64,000 bases of DNA from Eledone cirrhosa (taxonomy: Eukaryota). The position numbers were made by a program, and so were the translations under genes. The notes beneath the pieces are model-generated. The model did no database searches. It had not been told where the DNA came from and was given only the letters and a program-made list of their open reading frames with translations. How positions within the stretch are numbered: the stretch's first letter is position 1; each line of letters starts with the position of its first letter. The stretch covers positions 29,822,001 to 29,886,000 of the forward strand of contig OZ024757.1 of NCBI GenBank assembly GCA_964016885.1. The letters run 5' to 3'. Shown in pieces: positions 55,266 through 64,000 of this stretch.

Positions 55266-55799
55266 TTGAAGAAGAAGAAGAAGAAGAAGAAGAAGAAGAA
55301 GAAGAAGAAGAAGAAGAAGAAGAAGAAGAAGAAGAAGAAGAAGAAGAAGAAGAAGAAGAAGAAGAAGAAGAAGAAGAAGAGCCACAACAACAACTACAAC
55401 AACAATATATTGTGATTATTATTGTTATTGTTGTCAATATCCGATATTATTGGTCTTTTCGTGGTAACCTTTCCTTGAGCCTTATTAACGTTTTATTTTT
55501 TTGTTATTGTTTTTGTTTCGTTTTTGTTGGGGTTTTTTTTTGGCATTCACAATATCATCATCACCATCATCATCATCATTATCATCGTCATCGACAATGC
55601 TGACGTCTCGATGAATTGTGTTGAATAGTTCTTCTATGTACGTAGGACTAACCCTGCCATTTTTCTTGGTGTTTGCTTTTCTGGAGAATTATATTTCTGG
55701 TGTATTGTCAGTGTTTTAGTGTTGGATAAACGAGGCCTGAATTGTGTAATATTGCTAGGGAATGTTGGTACAGTCTTTAGATTGCGTTGTCAACATCAA

Positions 55800-56370
55800 T
55801 GCTGACGTGATTTATGTTATAGTGTTAGTTGGTGATTATGTAGAATATACGCGGTGTGATGTATGTTATAGTGTCGGTTACCGTTTGTGTGGAATATATG
55901 TTGTGTAGCGTGTTATATTGTTGTGTTGGTTGGCGTTTATATAGAACATACGCATTGTGATTTATGTTATAGTGTTGGTTGTCGTTTGTGTGGAATATGC
56001 GTTGTGTAGCTTGTTATATTGTTGGTTGGTTGGCGATTATATAGGATATACGCGGTGTTATTTCTGTTATAGTGCTGGTTGTCGTTTATGTAGGATATAC
56101 GCGGTGTAATTTGTGTTATAGTGTTGGTTAGCGTTTGTGTGGAATATATGTCGTGTAGATTGTGTTATATTGTTGGTTGGTTGGTTGGCGATTATATAGG
56201 ATATACGCGGTGTAATTTGTGTTATAGTGTTGGCTGGCGTTTAAATAGAATATACGCGGTGTAATTTATGTTTCTGCGGGATATATGTTGTGTAGCTTGT
56301 GTCATAGTACTATACTAGTTGATATTTGTACATAATATAGAATATACGCGATGTGCTTTATATTGTTGGT
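55800..56370. repeat. Degenerate ~40-bp minisatellite
   Basis: ATATACGCGGTGTAATTTGTGTTATAGTGTTGG units. Confidence 0.85.
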
Positions 56371-56727
56371 TGCTGATTCAGATTTCTATCAGCTTTGTGA
56401 TTCTTGTGGTGCGATTAAAAGATGATTGTATAAAGTATGTGGTGGGTGGTGTATTTAGAATTACTTGCTTGCATCTGTGTAGAATGTATTAATATTTGCT
56501 TTCTTAATCTGTCTGCAAATTGACGAATATGTCTTCCACAGCATGAAGAAGACCTACAATACAGTTTCTAATATTGGAGGATGAATGCTGTTTCCGTGTT
56601 GTTTCTAGAAGAATACGGACGGACAGAAAGAAATGTGTGAATGTGTGTATATATATTATACATTTGTTTGTATACATAATATATAAATATGTCTGTGTGT
56701 GTGTATTTATGTATGTGTATATGTATT

Positions 56728-56777
<50 letters not shown>

Positions 56778-56997
56778 TGTGTATGTATATATATGTATGT
56801 ATGTATATATATTGATATATATATGTGTGTGTGGGGGTGGATGTGGGTGTATATATATGTGTGTGTGTGTATGTATATATATATGTGTGTGTGTGTATAC
56901 ATATATATAAATGTATCTATGTATATATATATACATATATAAATGTATGTATGTATATATATATATATATATAAATGTATGTATATATATATAAATG

Positions 56998-57060
<63 letters not shown>

Positions 57061-57798
57061 GAGATGAGTGAGTGAATTTGTGAACAATTTAGTGACTGGG
57101 TGAGTGACTAGGTGAGTGATATGTGTGTATGTATGTGTGGAGGTGTATATATGGTGTGTATATGTGGTGTGTATGTGTGGAGGTGTATGTGTGGCGTGTA
57201 CGTGTGATGTGTACGTGTGCTGTGTATGTGTGCTGTGTATGTGTGTGTTTTTTCTATAGGTTTCTTTATATATAAACCGTCTCTATGTAACCAGTTTCTA
57301 TGGCGTACTTTCAAGTATTTTCGTATCAGACGTTAAACATATATAGTTCAAGTTCTACACAAACAAATAAACAGACCATATCTCACCTATAACACATACA
57401 CAAATATACACAAAAATAATCACACACATACACAGATAAATACACAAACACGTATATACGCACGAAAAATATAATATAATCACATACATACACAGGTAAA
57501 TACACATACACATATAAACACAAAAGAATATAAAATAATCACACACATACACAGATAAATACACATTCACTTATATACACTAAACATAAAATATTCACAC
57601 ACATACACAGATATACACAAACATATATAGCGATACATATTTGTCCATAGATAAATGCATGATGCGTCGCCACATATGCACACACATATTCTCGTTATAT
57701 AAACGCATACATTAACACAATACTGAAAACATACGTGCCTTATATCTTCACTTCTACACATATACACACACGTGTTTATATATATATATATATATATA

Positions 57799-58189
57799 TT
57801 CAAAATTAAATTAAATTAAATTAATTTAAGGGTGTCATGTCTGAGAGACATGCGCCATATCCACTGTAGAATATGCTCCAAGATTTCAATGAATAGATCC
57901 GAGCATTTTATATCAACTAGAAATTGATTGACGTATATATATATATCTAAAATAAACATATGAAACAAACACAGGGAATAATTTGTAAAAGTGTGTAAGC
58001 ACACACAGCTAGGTAGGTAACTAATTAAAGTGTAACTAGAACTTTAAAAATAGATACCTTATAAATGGATTAATCTTCCTTGTATGTATTTCATTAAAGA
58101 AATATATTTCACCATTAATCTTTCGGTAAACCACAGTAGCCAAATCTCGGATTTTCAACAAGGAAGAAGACTTAACTATCCGTGTTTAC

Positions 58190-58250
<61 letters not shown>

Positions 58251-58830
58251 AATCAATTTCTAGTTGATATAAAATGCTCGGATCTATTCATTGGAATCTT
58301 GGAGCATATTCTACAGTGGATATGGCGCATGTCTCTCCGACATGACACCCTTAAATTAATTTAATTTAATTTTGAATATATATATATATATATATAGGGC
58401 CCCTTAATTGTTGAGCTAACTCAGTTGAAAGGACTCGACTGCTATTTCCAGTTGTCGATAACCCTATTCACGCCACTGATATGAAGCTGGTACGATGTGT
58501 GTATTTTTGTTAAGTGCAACACGTGCTACTAGCCATTCGCAGATTTGGATTTACTGTGTAAACACAGATAGTTAAGTCTTCTTCCTTGTTGAAAATTCGG
58601 ATTTGGCTACTGTGGTTTACCGAAAGATGATGGTGAAATATATTTATTTAATGAAATATATACAAGGAAGATGAATCCATTTATAAGGTATCTATTTTTA
58701 AAGTTCTAGTTAAACTTTAATTAGTTACCTACATAGCTATGTGTGCTTACACACTTTTACAAATTATTCCCTGCGATTGTTTCATATGTAATTTTAGATA
58801 TATATATATGTCAATCAATTTCTAGTTGAT
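57799..58830. mobile_element. Compound inverted duplication of a family G element
   Basis: 57799-57932 is inverted at 58248-58376; 57946-58190 is inverted at ~58557-58800. Confidence 0.85.
58580..58671 (+). ncRNA. Candidate hammerhead with U3:A8 core and enlarged domain II (mirror copy at ~58074-58167, minus strand)
   Basis: TCTTCCTTG-TTGAAAA-...-GAAA-TATA-TA-CAAGGAAGA; 9-bp stem I. Confidence 0.55.
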
Positions 58831-58950
58831 ATATATATATTGCTGCTACCAAGATGAAAACTACTATGAAATCCCACACTGAATTTTATACTTGAATTTT
58901 CAAATCTCAAATTTTAACTCTTCTTATTATTAATTTTCTTAATATTAATC

Positions 58951-58998
58951 AACATTTGAAAAGATGGCTTTTGCAGACCCATCGAAACCGGTCATTTT
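58951..58998 (+). ncRNA. Minimal hammerhead with U3:A8 core
   Basis: AACAT-TTGAAAA-GATGG..CCATC-GAAA-CCGG-TC-ATTTT; palindromic stem III ACCGGT. Confidence 0.65.
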
Positions 58999-59423
58999 TT
59001 ATACCCTTTATTATTTCCTTACCTTATAAAATTATATGTTTTTTCACAAAAAAGTATTCTGTCTCTTATATATTCCATGTGCCATTACCAACCTCAATTT
59101 TCTCTCTCTCTCTATATATATATATATATACATGTACGTACGTACATACATACATACATACATACATACATACATACATACATACATACATACATACATA
59201 CATACATACATACATACATAGCGTGACACTAATGAGACTTTTTGTACCTCTGTTTTGTCCTTCCCTTGAAGTATATATATATATATATGTGTGTGTGTGT
59301 CTGTCTGTGTCTGTCTGTGTCTGTATATGTGTGTGTCTGCGTGTGTGTGTGTGTAGCTATACGTATGTAATTATTTTAATATACATGACATCTGTTCGCA
59401 TATATTTTAGAATTAGCTGCGTA

Positions 59424-59494
<71 letters not shown>

Positions 59495-60107
59495 CAGTTT
59501 CAACTTGTTACGCATATATTACGCACACAAACAAGCCAAAACCAACGCACACATTCACACAAACAAATACAAAGATACCCACAAACAAACTCATCATTGT
59601 AAATGTAACATGCAGACATGCACACAAGCACATACATTTTCTTTCCATAAACGCATACTTTAACACACCATACACAACATACACAACACAAATCCGTCTT
59701 TGGTGTATATGAATATGTATGACATGCAAAATAGCTACCTTGAACTTCCGGATCGAAGTCACATGGTTCGTTGTAGCTATTAATTAGATTAATAGTTCGT
59801 GTGGCTTCGCATGGCCCATCATATGCGATGCCTCCCACCTCCTACGGGGTTTCTTTACATGTTTCAATAGAAGCTAATTAAGGAATTTGTGTAGAAGTAT
59901 ATTTTAACTATGACTGATATATGTTTTTGAAATGGCATGAAGCAGCAGCGTGTAATAGAATATATTTGATAGGTTATAGCAATGGCGGTGAGCTTAGAAT
60001 GGTCTCTTTATGATTTCGGTACTTACATTATCATATATTTAAAAAAGCATATAAAGATAGGAGGAACGTTATACGTTTCTGTGTGTACATGTATATTATA
60101 TATATAT

Positions 60108-60194
<87 letters not shown>

Positions 60195-60224
60195 GGAGAG
60201 ATTGATAGATGTAGATATATATTT

Positions 60225-61667
60225 ATAGATATAGATATAGTTATATATATAGAGATATAGTTATATATATAGAGATATAGTTATATATATAGAGATATAG
60301 TTATATATATATAGAGATATAGTTATATATATATAGAGATATAGTTATATATATATAGAGATATAGTTATATATATAGAGAGATATAGTTATATATATAT
60401 AGAGATATAGTTATATATATATAGAGAGATATAGTTATATATATAGAGAGAGATATAGTTGTATATATAGAGAGATATAGTTATATATATATAGAGATAT
60501 AGTTATATATATATAGAGATATAGTTATATATATAGAGATATAGTTATATATATAGAGATATAGTTATATATATAGAGAGATATAGTTATATATATATAG
60601 AGATATAGTTATATATATATAGAGATATAGTTATATATAGAGAGATATAGTTATATATATATATAGAGATATAGTTATATATATAGAGAGATATAGTTAT
60701 ATATATATAGAGATATAGTTATATATATAGAGAGATATAGTTATATATATAGAGATATAGTTATATATATAGAGATATAGTTATATATAGAGAGATATAG
60801 TTATATATATAGAGATATAGTAATATATATAGAGATATAGTTATATATAGAGAGATATAGTTATATATATAGAGATATAGTTATATATATAGAGATATAG
60901 TTATATATATAGAGATATAGTTATATATATAGAGATATAGTTATATATATAAAGATATAGTTATATATAGAGAGATATAGTTATATATAGAGAGATATAG
61001 TTATATATATAGAGATATAGTTATATATATAGAGATATAGTTATATATATAGAGATATAGTTATATATATAGAGATATAGTTATATATATAGAGATATAG
61101 TTATATAGAGATATAGTTATATATAGAGATATAGAGTTATATATAGAGAGAGATATAGTTATATATAGAGATATAGTTATATATATATAGAGATATAGTT
61201 ATATATATATATATAGTTATATATAGAGATATAGAGTTGTATATAGAGATATAGAGTTATATATAGAGATATATATAGAGATATAGAGTTATATATAGAG
61301 ATATAGAGTTATATATAGAGATATAGAGTTATATATAGAGAGAGATATAGTTATATATATATATATAGTTATATATATATATATATAGAGAGAGAGAGAT
61401 ATAGTTATATATATATATATATATAGTTATATATATATATAGAGAGAGAGAGATATATAGTTATATATATATATATATATAGTTATATATATATAGTTAT
61501 ATATATATATATAGTTTTATATATATATATATAGAGAGAGAGAGATATATAGTTATATATATATATATATATAGTTATATATATATATATAGAGAGAGAG
61601 AGAGATATAGTTATATATATATATAGAGAGAGAGAGAGAGATATAGTTATATATATATATATAGTTA

Positions 61668-61753
<86 letters not shown>

Positions 61754-62304
61754 TATAGTTATATATATATAGTTATATATATATATATAGAGAGAGAGAG
61801 AGATATATATAGTTATATATATATATATATAGTTATATATATATATATATAGAGAGAGAGAGATATAGTTATATATATATAGTTATATATATATATATAG
61901 AGAGAGAGAGAGATATAGTTATATATATATATATATAGTTATATATATATATAGAGAGAGAGAGATATAGTTATATATATATATATAGTTATATATATAT
62001 ATAGAGAGAGAGAGAGATATAGTTATATATATATATAGTTATATATATATATATATATAGTATATATATATATATATAGTATATATATATATATATATAT
62101 ATAGTATATTTATATATATATATATAATATATTTATATATATATATATAATATATTTATATATATATATATAATATATTTATATATATATATATATAGTA
62201 TATATATAGTATATATATATATATAGAATATATATAGTATATATATATAGTATATATATATATAGTATATATATAGTATATATATATATAGTATATATAT
62301 ATAG

Positions 62305-62330
<26 letters not shown>
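60225..62330. repeat. ~20-bp (GAGATATAGTTATATATATA)-type satellite
   Basis: Direct inspection. Confidence 0.95.
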
Positions 62331-62336
<6 letters not shown>

Positions 62337-62479
62337 TAGTTATATATAGAGAGATATAATTATATATAGAGAGATATAGTTATATATATAGATATATAGA
62401 TATAGTTATATATATATAGATATATATATATATATATAGTTATATGTATATAAATATATATACATGTCGATGTATATAT

Positions 62480-62514
<35 letters not shown>

Positions 62515-62515
62515 T

Positions 62516-62566
<51 letters not shown>

Positions 62567-62569
62567 TAT

Positions 62570-63145
62570 TTCTTTATTAGCCACAGGGGCACAAAAGAAG
62601 GGGACAAATACAAAGGGGGAAGTTTACATACAATAAAAACGTGTAAAATGTTATCACAGATGGAATTTAAAAGTTAGTCGATTTTCCCCAATAGAGGGAG
62701 ACAGTTTATATGGGTAACACAGACCCCCGAAAAAAATGTGCAGCCCTCATCTCCAGGAGTACGAAGAGCTTGTACTCCTTTCCTCTCCTCCTCCTTTTCC
62801 TCAACCTACAGGCTGATATAGAGAGAAGGCCCATTCACTCGGGCCATTCTCGCCACTTTCACCCACCTTTCATAAAACTTGCTGGGGTACAGCACCTCTC
62901 TCTCCATCCTGATTCTTCTTCCAAAGTGGTATTTGAAAAAAAGAATCAGTTGTTGGCCGGAGCGAAAGGTGTCTGACCTCAGCCCTTTAGATAGATAGAT
63001 AGATAGATAGATTTCTTTATTTACCATAAAGGCATAAAAAGAAGGGACAAATACAAAGGGGGAGTTTACATATAATCGAGTAAAAAGGGTGTAACATGAA
63101 AATAATCGAAAATAACCTCAAAAGGGAGGGGACGTGATGGGGGTT
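62570..63145 (-). mobile_element. Two stacked L1/Tx1 3' fragments (same family as 37436) within (GATA)n
   Basis: [33 protein letters not shown]; both end AATAAAGAAAT followed by (CTAT)n. Confidence 0.75.
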
Positions 63146-63147
63146 GT

Positions 63148-63182
<35 letters not shown>

Positions 63183-63183
63183 C

Positions 63184-63233
<50 letters not shown>

Positions 63234-63235
<2 letters not shown>

Positions 63236-63416
63236 CGAAGGAAATGTGGTAAGGAACCAGGTGGACCATAACGCACCAAAGTACTCAATACTTGAGGTAG
63301 TAGAGTGGGTAATAGGAACCAGTAAGACCCCGACAGCTGAGCTCAAGCCGTTTCGACGGCTAATTCAGATTAGCCGTCGAAACGGCTTGAGCTCAGCTGT
63401 CGGGGTCTTACTGGTT

Positions 63417-63420
<4 letters not shown>
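63234..63420 (-). mobile_element. Fold-back element, family C, perfect ~53-bp arms
   Basis: TAGGAACCAGTAAGACCCCGACAGCTGAGCTCAAGCCGTTTCGACGGCTAAT and its exact reverse complement. Confidence 0.9.
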
Positions 63421-63477
<57 letters not shown>

Positions 63478-63644
63478 TAAGAACAGGTTAAAGTTTAAAC
63501 CAAGAATCGCTGCTTTCACCCTTAACGGTATCTTATTATATATATATAATCCTTATCGAGCCCTCTTCGGATTTTAGTCTTCACATTTATTATTACTATG
63601 AATATATATATATGTATGTATGTACTATGTATGCGTGTATGTAC

Positions 63645-63785
<141 letters not shown>

Positions 63786-63962
63786 GCCGCGTGGCTGAGT
63801 GGTTAGAAAATTGGATTCACAATCGTGAGGTTGTGAACTCGAGTCTGTCTGAATTTACGACCGTTAGATAATATTAGCACTTGGAAAGACCAATGAAACA
63901 TCTTTTCCTCGGTTCGATTTGGCGAGCTCCACCCCTCTCGTTAAGCGAATGAGCTCTGAGAT
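63786..63962 (+). mobile_element. tRNA-derived SINE (third family); 3' part also at 1165-1250
   Basis: TGGCTGAGTGGTTAG A-box; body TTTCCTCGGTTCGATTTG..CTCCACCCCT..CGTTAAGC is shared with 1190-1250. Confidence 0.65.
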
Positions 63963-64000
63963 CTTGTTGATCGACTGTTACGTATAGATATATACACACA

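Noticed and set aside
55223-55603. Poly-Glu / poly-Ser ORFs
   Set aside because: (GAA)n microsatellite.
63786-63850. tRNA gene
   Set aside because: A-box is present but there is no complete cloverleaf, and it continues into a repeated SINE body.

Overview
Extremely AT-rich, repeat-dominated animal genomic DNA; the SINE families and (TA)n/(ACAT)n/(GATA)n load suggest a cephalopod such as Octopus (inference). I cannot confidently identify a host gene. Most long ORFs in the track are translations of microsatellites. Recognisable elements are a 5'-truncated Penelope-like element (PLE: RT thumb, Cys-rich linker, GIY-YIG), fragments of RTE, L1/Tx1 and R4-like LINEs, tRNA-derived SINEs, a Tc1/mariner MITE and several satellites. 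The main signal lies between the (TA)n tracts: about 20 intact, degenerate or partial type I hammerhead ribozyme (HHR) motifs from several unrelated short non-coding families. Many sit in head-to-head fold-back hairpins with a one-sided tail carrying a shared GAGYVCT-like motif 30-60 bp from the (TA)n junction. One family forms a tandem ~467-bp retrozyme-like array with an octamer motif, and two families carry the compensatory U3:A8 core. Together they suggest a (TA)n-targeted, PLE-driven set of ribozyme-bearing retroelements. All folds were made by eye; self-cleavage is untested.
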